A stretch of DNA of 58,030 nt from Gammaproteobacteria bacterium (GTDB taxonomy: Bacteria; Pseudomonadota; Gammaproteobacteria; Steroidobacterales; Rariloculaceae), in contig DASUFK010000078.1 in NCBI GenBank assembly GCA_036274615.1, positions 1 to 58,030 on the forward strand, given 5' to 3'. Of the stretch, positions 17,767 through 26,304 are shown piece by piece. The notes beneath the pieces are model-generated. The model saw only the letters and a list, made by a program, of their open reading frames with translations, was not told where the DNA came from and made no database searches. How positions within the stretch are numbered: position 1 is the stretch's first letter; each line of letters begins with the position of its first letter. Both the position numbers and the translations under genes were made by a program.

Positions 17767-18921
17767 TTACTTGAAGAGCTGCGGCGCGAAATCGTGCAGA
17801 TAATTGCGCCAGTTGATCCACGTATGGCCGCCGGCGCTCTGCACGAACACCGGCTCGAAGCCGTGCTTCTCGAGCATCGCAACCGTCGCCTTCGTCGTTT
17901 CCAGCAGGAAGTCGTCGGAGCCCGTGGAGAACCACAGCACGGATAGGCCCGACTTCGCCCGCGGGTCGTCGAGCTGCTTCGCATATCGCTGCGCCCACTC
18001 GTCGCTCTGCGCTACGCTGAACACGCCGGAGCTGAACACGCCCACGTAGCCGAAGTCCTGAAGATTCTGGATCGCTATCTCGAGGGTCTGCGCGCCGCCC
18101 ATCGACAGTCCGGCGATCGCGGTGGACTTGCGGTCGGTGCGCACCGTGTAGTGGGTCTCGACATACGGCTTGATGTCGCGCTGGAAGTCGCGAACGAACT
18201 CGTCGATCGGCAGGCCGCCGGCGCCGCCGCCTACGAACGGCCCGGTGTGCCCTGCAGGCATCACCACGATCATCGGCACCGCCGAACGCTCCGCGATCAG
18301 GTTGTCGATGATGTCGGCCGCGCGGCCCACCGTGGGCCACGAGTCGTCGCTGTCGAACGCACCGTGCAGCAGGTACAGCACCGGGTACTTTTGCACCTTC
18401 ATGCCGTAACCCGGCGGCGTGTAGACGTGCGTGCTGCGCCAGCGTCCGAGCGCCGACGAGTGGTAACGGACTTCCGCGACCGCGCCGTGCGGAACGTCGA
18501 GCGTGTCCATGAACTTCGCGCCCGCCACCGTGAAGAGGCTCCAGACGTTGTCGTTCGAGCGGCTGACGTTCGCCTGCGCCGGGTCGACCACGTTGAGCCC
18601 GTCGACGACGAACGCGTAGCGGTACGCGCCGGGATCCACGGGGCCGATCGTGAGCTGCCAAACGCCGTCGCCGCCTTTCGCGAGCTCGAGCGTCTGATTG
18701 GGCGGGATCTGCGGGATGTCGCCGCCGCTCGTGAGCCGCACCGACTGCGCCTGCGGCGCACGCAGGCGGAACGTGACCTTGCGGTCGGCCGCCACCTCGG
18801 GCGACACCACGCGCGGCGGCGGAGCGGGCCGGGCCGGCGGCGCCTGCGCGTGCGCCGCAGCCGAAACCAGCAACCACAACCCGGCGGAGACCGCCCATCG
18901 ATCGAAGCGCTTCATACCCAC
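17767..18921 (-). CDS. secreted esterase (alpha/beta hydrolase, CE1 / 'putative esterase' family) with N-terminal Ig-like (E-set) domain
   Basis: Signal peptide, 'VTFRLRAPQAQSVRL...GDGVWQLTIGP' E-set-like domain, 'YPVLYLLHG', and nucleophile elbow 'GLSMGG'. Confidence 0.8.
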   Translation of the reverse strand: MGMKRFDRWAVSAGLWLLVSAAAHAQAPPARPAPPPRVVSPEVAADRKVTFRLRAPQAQSVRLTSGGDIPQIPPNQTLELAKGGDGVWQLTIGPVDPGAYRYAFVVDGLNVVDPAQANVSRSNDNVWSLFTVAGAKFMDTLDVPHGAVAEVRYHSSALGRWRSTHVYTPPGYGMKVQKYPVLYLLHGAFDSDDSWPTVGRAADIIDNLIAERSAVPMIVVMPAGHTGPFVGGGAGGLPIDEFVRDFQRDIKPYVETHYTVRTDRKSTAIAGLSMGGAQTLEIAIQNLQDFGYVGVFSSGVFSVAQSDEWAQRYAKQLDDPRAKSGLSVLWFSTGSDDFLLETTKATVAMLEKHGFEPVFVQSAGGHTWINWRNYLHDFAPQLFK

Positions 18922-18948
18922 CCCTCCCGACTAGAGGTATCTGCCATC

Positions 18949-19012
18949 TTTGGTGTCTGACACCTTTGGTGTCTGACACCGGGGGTGTCAGGCACGTTTG
19001 CCGTCCGACACC
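18949..19012. repeat. tandem array of four 16-nt units (TTTGGTGTCTGACACC x2 plus two degenerate copies), REP-like family B
   Basis: u1 18949-18964 and u2 18965-18980 are identical. u3 is GGGGGTGTCAGGCACG and u4 is TTTGCCGTCCGACACC. Each core GGTGTC-N-GACACC is itself a palindrome. Confidence 0.85.
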
Positions 19013-20199
19013 ACTTTGCCTGCGAGCACGGTGCCCGCGGGGAACAAGCGCTGCTTACCCGTGCGCTTGCCCTCGTAGTTGTCCACGAACTCGAACGAGC
19101 CCTCGCGGAGCTCGAGCAGCGCGACGTCGGCCGGCGCGCCGACGTTGAGTGTGCCCCGGTCGCGGAACACATCGAAGATGCGCGCGGCGTTCACGGTGTT
19201 GCAGGCGACGATGTCGGCGAGCGACATGCCGTAGCCGAAGAATTTCGACATGCAATTTTCGATGTCGACGACGCCCGTGGTCTTGCTCATCGCGTTCCAG
19301 TCGGTGGAGATCGCGTCCGGCCAGAAGCCCCGCGCCATGATCTTGTCGGCGTAGTCCCAACGGAGGTGGTCGCGCACGCCGTTGCCCACGTCGAACCACA
19401 CGCCGCGCCGGCGAGCCGCGAGCACCTCGGGCAGGATCCGCCCGTCATCGCCCAGGATGCCGTTCGGCGGCGGCGCGAACATGTGGGTGACGATGTCGCC
19501 GCGCTTCAAGAGCGGCGCGAGTACCGCCATCGACGACGACGTCTGCCCCATGTGGATCATCACCGGGAGGCCGAACGGCGTCGCGATTTCCTGCGCGCGC
19601 TTCAGCACCTCGACATCATGGTCGCCCGCAACGTTCTTCGACAGCCGCGCCTTGACGCCCACGATGACGTCGCGGTTGCGCGCGATCGCGTCGCGCGCGG
19701 CGCCGACGTCGGCGCGCGCGAGGTCCAGCGTGTCGCCGTCGGGGATGATGCCGACACGGCCGACGTTGATGAGCACCCGGCCCTGCTGCGCAGAGCCCTT
19801 CGCGACCGCCACCGCGGGAGCGATGTTGTCGGCGCCCGCCGAGCCGCCGTCGATCCAGCCGGTGACCCCGTCCGCGACGAGCAGCGGCGGCCCGTCGGCG
19901 CCGCGCGCCGCGTGCGTATGGATGTCGAGCAGGCCGGGGACCACCAGCTTGCCGGCGGCGTCGATCGTTTGCGCGGCGGCGGCCGTGATCTCGGGCTCCA
20001 CGGCCGCGATCTTGCCGCCGAGGATGCCCACGTCCCGAACCGCGTCGAGCTTAACGGACGGATCGATGACGCGTCCGCCCTTGACGATCAGGTCGTAGCG
20101 CGGCTCGGCGGCGCTGGTCACGCGCGCGCCGAGCAAGCCGCTCGCCGCCGACACGCCGAAGCCGATAGCGGCGGCGTTGAACTTGCGTCTCGTGAGCAT
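18988..20199 (-). CDS. amidohydrolase / deacetylase family metallo-hydrolase, TAT-exported
   Basis: 'MLTRRKFNAAAIGFG' twin-arginine signal. 'VVPGLLDIHTHA' metal-binding HxH motif. Internal start of ORF 18988..20247. Confidence 0.8.
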   Translation of the reverse strand: MLTRRKFNAAAIGFGVSAASGLLGARVTSAAEPRYDLIVKGGRVIDPSVKLDAVRDVGILGGKIAAVEPEITAAAAQTIDAAGKLVVPGLLDIHTHAARGADGPPLLVADGVTGWIDGGSAGADNIAPAVAVAKGSAQQGRVLINVGRVGIIPDGDTLDLARADVGAARDAIARNRDVIVGVKARLSKNVAGDHDVEVLKRAQEIATPFGLPVMIHMGQTSSSMAVLAPLLKRGDIVTHMFAPPPNGILGDDGRILPEVLAARRRGVWFDVGNGVRDHLRWDYADKIMARGFWPDAISTDWNAMSKTTGVVDIENCMSKFFGYGMSLADIVACNTVNAARIFDVFRDRGTLNVGAPADVALLELREGSFEFVDNYEGKRTGKQRLFPAGTVLAGKVVSDGKRA

Positions 20200-20216
20200 G
20201 CGTGGCCCCTCGTTGC

Positions 20217-21776
20217 TCAGCGGCTCTTCGCTTGCGCGCGGCGCCACGCGTAGTAGCCGTCGAGCGCCTCGAGCTGCGGCATGTTCGGCAGCGGCCGCGC
20301 GCTCGGGTGCGCGTCGAGGAACAGCGTCTCCTGCTTCGCGACGGTGAACTTGGGCCAGCTCGGCAAGCCCGCGCCGTTCGGATTGCCGGTCTTCGCGAAG
20401 TTGGTCCAGTAGCTCGACACGAGCTCCGACATCGCCACGTCCTCGGGCCGCGCTGCCGGCGGCAGCGTGCGGAATACGTAGGGCAGCTCGTCAGCGTGCG
20501 ACGCGCCGTTCGGCGACTGCGCCGTGCGGTGATCGAAGTAGTAGACGTAGGCGGGATTCTTGCCCTTGGTCGTCTGCAGCTTCGCCCACACCCACGTCTG
20601 CCACGCGAACGCCGAGTCGCGAAAGATGTTGCGCGACGCCTGGAGCGCTTCGGCGTCGGTCGCGTGGGGGTTCGCCTTCAAGATCGCGTCGGCGTGCTCG
20701 CCGTAGCCGCCGCGGATCGCCTGCTCGTAACCCGCGGCGGTGACTCCACCGCGAACGAACAGCGCGCCCTCGTCGGAGTTCGTGCCGATCAGCACCGGCG
20801 TGTCGTTGAACTTGCCCTGGCTGTAGAGCAGGTACTGATCGCCGGGCAGAACGTCGCCGTCGTCGGTGGGCCAGAAGCCGGTGCCGAGGCCCTGCCCCTG
20901 CGCGGCGGAGATCTTGTCCGTGGGCGCCGCACGCGCGGCCGCGAGATTCGCCGCGCCGATCTTGTCGAACAGCGCCTTGCCCGCGGCCTCGGCGGTGGCA
21001 AGCGTGGGCACGTTCATGCCGCCCTCCGCGCCGCGCCGCGACGGCGCGAACGAGCCGCCGCTCTCGGAGATCGCCTTGGCGAACAGGCCCTTCGCATAGG
21101 GCGACGCGGCCAGCATGCTCACCGCGATGCCGCCGGCGGACTCGCCGAAGATCGTGACGTTGGCGGGGTCGCCGCCGAACGCCGCGATGTTGTCGTGCAC
21201 CCATTGCAGCCCGGCGATCATGTCCTGCAAGCCGTAGTTGCCGGAGCCCTTGCCGCTCTCCTTGCTGAGCTCGGGATGCGCGAAGAAGCCGAACGCGCCG
21301 ACTCGATAAGCGACGCTCACGAGCACCACGCCTTTCTTCGCGAGCCCCGTGCCGTCGTAAGTGGCGGACGCCGTGGTGCCGGCAGCGAAGCCGCCGCCGT
21401 AGATCCACACCATCACCGGCAGCTTGTCGCCCGCAGCCTTTGCCGGCGTCCACAAGTTGAGATAGAGACAGTCCTCGCTCACCGCGGGAGGCGCCTGCGT
21501 GAACTGCAGCATGCTCGCGTCCTGCACGCAGCTCGCGCCGAAGGCAGCCGCCTTCTTCACGCCCTGCCAGGCGACGACGGGTTGGGGTTTCTTCCAGCGC
21601 AGGTCGCCGACGGGAGGCGCCGCGAACGGGACGCCTTTGAACGCGGCGATGCCGCCGGCCGCCACGCCTTCCACCTGACCGCCGGTGACGCGCGCGGTGA
21701 GGACTTCCGCGTCCGCACTCCACGCAACCCAAGACAGCGCGACGAGGCCGCACGCGGCCGCAAGAGCACGGTTCAT
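20217..21776 (-). CDS. carboxylesterase type B (para-nitrobenzyl esterase-like), secreted
   Basis: Signal peptide, 'FKGVPFAAPPVGDLRW', oxyanion 'WIYGGGF', and nucleophile 'FGESAGG'. Confidence 0.9.
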   Translation of the reverse strand: MNRALAAACGLVALSWVAWSADAEVLTARVTGGQVEGVAAGGIAAFKGVPFAAPPVGDLRWKKPQPVVAWQGVKKAAAFGASCVQDASMLQFTQAPPAVSEDCLYLNLWTPAKAAGDKLPVMVWIYGGGFAAGTTASATYDGTGLAKKGVVLVSVAYRVGAFGFFAHPELSKESGKGSGNYGLQDMIAGLQWVHDNIAAFGGDPANVTIFGESAGGIAVSMLAASPYAKGLFAKAISESGGSFAPSRRGAEGGMNVPTLATAEAAGKALFDKIGAANLAAARAAPTDKISAAQGQGLGTGFWPTDDGDVLPGDQYLLYSQGKFNDTPVLIGTNSDEGALFVRGGVTAAGYEQAIRGGYGEHADAILKANPHATDAEALQASRNIFRDSAFAWQTWVWAKLQTTKGKNPAYVYYFDHRTAQSPNGASHADELPYVFRTLPPAARPEDVAMSELVSSYWTNFAKTGNPNGAGLPSWPKFTVAKQETLFLDAHPSARPLPNMPQLEALDGYYAWRRAQAKSR

Positions 21777-21980
21777 TGTTTTCCCCCGGACGGAAACCTC
21801 GCCCCATTATGCGCGCGGCGCGCGTCCGCACAACGGCAGCCGCGAGGTGCCCGCCATCGCGCCGCGCCGGCGCCGCAGCAGCGGCGGCCACCGTGGCCGT
21901 CGACACGCCGCCGGCGGCACGCGGCTTGTCCCTCGGCGCTGCGCTCCCTCGACCGCGTTCCCTTCGAAATCGGGCACCTA

Positions 21981-22035
21981 CGTAACACAAGTGAAACATT
22001 CGTGTAACGAATCAGACGCACTCGCTCCGTAGATT
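21981..22035 (+). promoter_or_regulatory. A/T-rich putative operator/promoter upstream of the TonB-dependent receptor
   Basis: Imperfect inverted repeat CGTAACAC-N13-GTGTAACG (7 of 8) followed by a TAGATT -10-like hexamer about 35 nt before ATG 22070. It stands out against the GC-rich background. Confidence 0.25.
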
Positions 22036-22069
22036 GGCCACCCATCCAAGGCACGAGAGGAAGCCACGT

Positions 22070-24394
22070 ATGAGCCCCGCAGAGAGTCTACGTTTTCGTT
22101 TATCGGTAACGGCCGTCGCCACCGCGTTGACGGCCGCCTTGCCGGCGCACGCGCAGTCGGGAAGCGACCGGCTCGCCGCCGCGCAGAACGAGGGTCTCGA
22201 AGAAGTCGTCGTGCTCGCCACCAAGCGCGCAACCAACCTCCAGGACACGGCGATCGCCATGTCCGTGATGAACGCGGAAGCGCTCGAAGATCGGCACGTG
22301 AAGGCGCTGTACGACTTGGCCGACGGCTCGATTCCGGGCTTGCGCGTCGCCACTTTCGAGGCGCGCCAGTCGGCGCTCACCGTCGGTGTCCGCGGCATCG
22401 TGCCGCTCGACGCCAACCAACCGGCGCGCGAGCAAGGCGTCGGCATCTACATCGACGGCGTCTACTTGGGACGCCAGCATGGGCTCAACGCGTCGCTGCT
22501 CGACATCGATCACATCGAGGTGCTCAAGGGGCCGGCCGGAACGCTGTTCGGCCGCAACACCGAAGGCGGCGCCGTGAGCATCGTGACCAAGGCGCCCACG
22601 GGCGAGCTCGGCATCCGCGCGAACGCCGGCGTCAGCAACTACGACGGGTACGACGCCGATCTCCACATCGACCTGCCGAAGGCGGGCAACTGGAGCTTCA
22701 AGATCGACGCCGTCACTCAATATCAAGACGCAACGACGAAGGATCCGCTGCCGGGCTCGGTCGGCTGGAACTACTTCGATCGCAGCGGCGGGCGCGTCGG
22801 CGTTCGTTGGGAGCCGAGCGACACGCTCACGGCGGACTACTCGTACGACGCGGGCACCGACAAGAACACGCCGTTCTACAGCCAGCTACTGAGCTACAAC
22901 CCGCTCGGGCTCGTGGTCGGCCCCGCATCGGGCACGCTGCCGGTGGGCCAGATCCGGCCGCTGCCATCCATCGTGCAGGTGGAAGGCGAAAAGCGCATGG
23001 AGGACGCCGACATCGGCGTGCCGCAGCAAGCGAGCACCGACGATACCGACGGTCATGCCCTGACTCTGAAGTGGCGGCCGACCGATGGCGATCTCGAGCT
23101 GCGCTCGATCTCTTCGGTGCGCAGCATCGAGATGACGCAATGGGACAACTCGGGCGGCGCGCACCGTATCCCGGCGTTCGCTTCGAACGGCGCGTTCAGC
23201 CGCTACAGCCTCGCCGACCTCGAGCAGGATCAGAAGAGCCAGGAATTCCAGGCCGTGGGCACGGCGGGCAAGGTCGACTACGTGGGCGGCCTCTACTACT
23301 TCCAGGAGGACGCGTCCGACGACGCGGCCACGCCGAGCACCAACGTGTGGAACGCGAACGGCACCGGTTACACGATCGGCAATCTCACCAACGCGCTGCC
23401 CGGCTTCCGCAGCATCGACCGCGCGAGCGAAGCGCACGCGAAGAGCTACGCGGTGTACGGCCAGGCCATCATCAACATGCATGATGACCGGCTGCACCTC
23501 ACGCTCGGCGGGCGCACCACCACCGACGAGAAGAACGGAACCCTCTTCATCGTCAACAACGCGCCGACGGCTTTCACGTTCGATACGAAGGACACGCACT
23601 TCGACCCGACCGTGACGTTGGCCTGGGACGCGAGCGACGACGTGAACCTCTACGCGAAGTACTCCACGGGCTATCGCTCGGGCGGCGCGAGCTCGCGCTC
23701 GCTGACCTATCGCTCGTTCGGTCCGGAAGAGGTGGATGCGCTCGAGATCGGCGCGAAGACCAACTTCTTCGACAACCACCTGCGACTCGACTTCGCGGCG
23801 TACTCGATGAATCGCACCGGCAGCCAGATCGACTTCAGCCTCGTGACGCCGCAGCCGAACGGCTCCACGCGCAACACGCTCGAGACGATCAACGCGCCGG
23901 GCACCACCGACATCGACGGCGTTGAGATCGAGTCCACGTGGCGCGCCACGGACAAGATAACGGTCACCGGCGCCTACGCGTACACGCACACCGCGATCCC
24001 GCCCACGCTGAATCCGTTCACGAACCAGATCCAGCCGGTGTTCATCGTGTTCACGCCGAAGAACGCAGCCAACGTCGGGTTCGACTACGAGACGCCGATG
24101 GGCGGCATGATGTTCCGCGTGCACCTCGACGGCAGCTACGCGGACGCGACCCAGACGTTCGACCAGACGCCGGTGACGAACGACAAGTCGTTCCTCGTGA
24201 ACAGCCGCTTCGTGCTCGCCAACCTGCACGCCGGCGGCAGCGCCTCGATGACGTTCGCGCTGTGGGCGCGCAACCTGCTCGACAACGAGTACGTGTATCG
24301 CCGCGACCCGGCCAACCGGGCCACGCTCGGCGACTACGGCAACTTCGGCGCCCCGCGCACCTTCGGCGTTTCCGTCAACTACGACTTCCAGTAA
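22070..24394 (+). CDS. TonB-dependent outer-membrane receptor
   Basis: GAGAGGAAG RBS before ATG 22070. Signal peptide ending AHAQ. Plug domain 'EEVVVLATKR...QDTAIAMSV', 'IEVLKGPAGTLFGRNTEGG', and a long beta-barrel ending 'VSVNYDFQ'. Confidence 0.9.
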   Translation: MSPAESLRFRLSVTAVATALTAALPAHAQSGSDRLAAAQNEGLEEVVVLATKRATNLQDTAIAMSVMNAEALEDRHVKALYDLADGSIPGLRVATFEARQSALTVGVRGIVPLDANQPAREQGVGIYIDGVYLGRQHGLNASLLDIDHIEVLKGPAGTLFGRNTEGGAVSIVTKAPTGELGIRANAGVSNYDGYDADLHIDLPKAGNWSFKIDAVTQYQDATTKDPLPGSVGWNYFDRSGGRVGVRWEPSDTLTADYSYDAGTDKNTPFYSQLLSYNPLGLVVGPASGTLPVGQIRPLPSIVQVEGEKRMEDADIGVPQQASTDDTDGHALTLKWRPTDGDLELRSISSVRSIEMTQWDNSGGAHRIPAFASNGAFSRYSLADLEQDQKSQEFQAVGTAGKVDYVGGLYYFQEDASDDAATPSTNVWNANGTGYTIGNLTNALPGFRSIDRASEAHAKSYAVYGQAIINMHDDRLHLTLGGRTTTDEKNGTLFIVNNAPTAFTFDTKDTHFDPTVTLAWDASDDVNLYAKYSTGYRSGGASSRSLTYRSFGPEEVDALEIGAKTNFFDNHLRLDFAAYSMNRTGSQIDFSLVTPQPNGSTRNTLETINAPGTTDIDGVEIESTWRATDKITVTGAYAYTHTAIPPTLNPFTNQIQPVFIVFTPKNAANVGFDYETPMGGMMFRVHLDGSYADATQTFDQTPVTNDKSFLVNSRFVLANLHAGGSASMTFALWARNLLDNEYVYRRDPANRATLGDYGNFGAPRTFGVSVNYDFQ

Positions 24395-24408
24395 ATCCGA
24401 GGATCGGG

Positions 24409-24427
24409 GCGCCGGCACCGCCGGCGC
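24409..24427. terminator. GC hairpin between convergent genes (GCGCCGGC-ACC-GCCGGCGC)
   Basis: 8-bp perfect stem 15 nt after the receptor stop. No U-tract, so function is uncertain. Confidence 0.3.
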
Positions 24428-24485
24428 TCGCGAATCCGGCTCGCGCGCTGCCGCGCCGGCGCCGGCGCCGGCGCCGCAGCTTCGC

Positions 24486-26177
24486 TCAGCGCCCGCGCAA
24501 TCGCCGCCGCACTCCGCCGACGAGCGCTCGCGTCTCGCCCAGTCCCAACGCAGCGCCCGCCCCGAGATACACGATGCCGTACACGCTCGCCACCGCGGCC
24601 GCCGCGGCCAACGGCGCGAAGCCGGCGAGCCCGAGCAGTGTGCCGCGCGCCGCTGCCGCCGCGAGCACCGCGGCACCGAACATGCGCGCGAGTGCTGCGC
24701 CGCCCGCCCCCACCGTCCCGATTCGCGAGCGCAGCCGGCCGCGCAGCAGCCACCACTCGAGCCACGCGCCGAGGGCCGCACCGGCCGCGAGGCCGACGGG
24801 GCCGAGCGGGACCCCCGCGACACTCGTGCCGGCGAACACGCCGGCGGGAATCGTGAAACCGAATACCGTGACGGGCTCGAGCTGCACCATGAGCGCCGCA
24901 CCTGCGACCGCCGCAGTCAGCACCCGCAACGCAGCCACGCGCGCGGGCGTGCTCGTGTCGCGGAGCGCGAAGAACGCGGACTGATAGACACGCGTCGCCG
25001 TCGACGCGAGCAGTCCCAAGCTGTACGCGGAGAGCACGAGCCAGACGACCGTGACGTCCGCGGCGCCGAACTGGCCCACGCGATACAAACCGGCGACGAG
25101 CACGTCGCCGATCGCGATCAATGCCACGAAGCTCGGCACCACGTAGAACGCAACGCGGCGCAGCGCGGAGACGGCGCGCTCGCGGAGCTCGGTCGTGGCC
25201 GCGGTGCGCTGCCGCGCGAGATCCGGGAGCGCCGCCGCCGCCACGCTCATACCGAACAGGCTCACCGGCAGAAGATAGAGCGTCTGAGCGTAGCGCAGGC
25301 GCGTAAGAGCACCGACCGCCAGCAACGTGGCGAGAAACATGTCGACGTAACCGGAGAGCTGCACGACGCCGCGGCCCGCAATCGCCGGCACCGCATTGCG
25401 CACGACTTCCTTGAGCGCCGCGTTGCCGCGGCCGCTCGTCACACGAATCTCGCGATCGAGCTTGAGCACCCATGGGAGCTGCACCGCGAACTGCAGCGCG
25501 CCGCCCGCGAGCGCACCCCAAGCCGCGGCCATCAACAAGCCGTCGAGATCGCGCTCGCTTCCAAACGCCACGAGCGCGGCGATGATCGCGCCGTTCCACA
25601 CCACCGGCGCGAAGTACGACACGAAGAAGCGGCGGTGGCTGTTCAAGACGCCGAGCGCCCACGCGGACAACACGAGCACGCCGGTCATCGGGAACATGAT
25701 CCTGACGACGTCGACCATGAGCTCGTAGCGCCGGTCTTCGAATCCGGGCAAGAACACGGCCACGAGCAGCGGCGCCAGCGTGAGCCCGAGCAGCGAGAAC
25801 GCGCCGGCGATCGCGAGCAGCAAGGCGAACACCGCGCCGGCGAGGCGGCCGGCCTCGCGGGTCCTGCCCTGCCCCAGCAGCTCGGAGTACACGGGTATGA
25901 ACGACGCCGACAGCGTGCCTTCGCCGAGCAGGTTCTGCAGCACATTGGGCAGCCGCAGCGCGGCGCTGAACACGTCGGCGTGCAAGCCGGTGCCGAAGTA
26001 ACTCGCGAGCGTACGGTCGCGGACGAACCCTGCAACTCGTGACGCCAGGATGCCGGCGCCGACCAGCGCCGCGGCCGCGGCCGACCGGTCGCGCGGCACG
26101 CTGCGGTCATTCGACTCCGGCGCAATGGGATCGGCCGGCGTGGCGTCTACTTCGGGCTCGTCCGGTCGTTGGCTCAC
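24486..26177 (-). CDS. murJ: lipid II flippase MurJ (MviN)
   Basis: 'ASRVAGFVRDRTLASYFGTGLHADVFSAALRLPNVLQNLLGEGTLSASFIPVYS' is the canonical MurJ N-terminus. About 14 TM segments. Confidence 0.9.
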   Translation of the reverse strand: MSQRPDEPEVDATPADPIAPESNDRSVPRDRSAAAAALVGAGILASRVAGFVRDRTLASYFGTGLHADVFSAALRLPNVLQNLLGEGTLSASFIPVYSELLGQGRTREAGRLAGAVFALLLAIAGAFSLLGLTLAPLLVAVFLPGFEDRRYELMVDVVRIMFPMTGVLVLSAWALGVLNSHRRFFVSYFAPVVWNGAIIAALVAFGSERDLDGLLMAAAWGALAGGALQFAVQLPWVLKLDREIRVTSGRGNAALKEVVRNAVPAIAGRGVVQLSGYVDMFLATLLAVGALTRLRYAQTLYLLPVSLFGMSVAAAALPDLARQRTAATTELRERAVSALRRVAFYVVPSFVALIAIGDVLVAGLYRVGQFGAADVTVVWLVLSAYSLGLLASTATRVYQSAFFALRDTSTPARVAALRVLTAAVAGAALMVQLEPVTVFGFTIPAGVFAGTSVAGVPLGPVGLAAGAALGAWLEWWLLRGRLRSRIGTVGAGGAALARMFGAAVLAAAAARGTLLGLAGFAPLAAAAAVASVYGIVYLGAGAALGLGETRALVGGVRRRLRGR

Positions 26178-26304
26178 GGGCCGGAACTATAAAGGATGGC
26201 TCGCCGGGCCGCGTGGCCAGGCACGCCAACTTGGGCCTTCTTGGCTTGTGGGCTCGAGGCCGATCGCCTATGTTGGTGCGACGCTTTTGCCGCCAGGGCC
26301 CCCG

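Noticed and set aside
17039-18979. A single 646-aa ORF that looks like one large gene
   Set aside because: Only its last 234 codons (signal peptide onwards) look real. The upstream part is out of frame with the well-supported esterase gene 17767-18921, which has its own signal peptide and GLSMGG nucleophile.
18949-19012. Tandem 16-nt repeats considered as a possible CRISPR array
   Set aside because: The units are contiguous with no spacers, are only 16 nt long, and no cas genes are present. They are REP-like tandem palindromes.
21777-22069. Possible riboswitch (for example cobalamin) in the 290-nt leader of the TonB-dependent receptor
   Set aside because: I could not find a B12-box-like GCCACTG core or other recognisable riboswitch signatures by eye. 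Only an A/T-rich imperfect palindrome was noted, and it is reported as a low-confidence operator.
24455-24475. (GCCGGC)n microsatellite-like run between the TonB receptor and murJ
   Set aside because: There are only about 3.5 copies of a GC hexamer in a GC-rich intergenic region. It is most simply low-complexity sequence or part of a GC hairpin, and shows no evidence of function.
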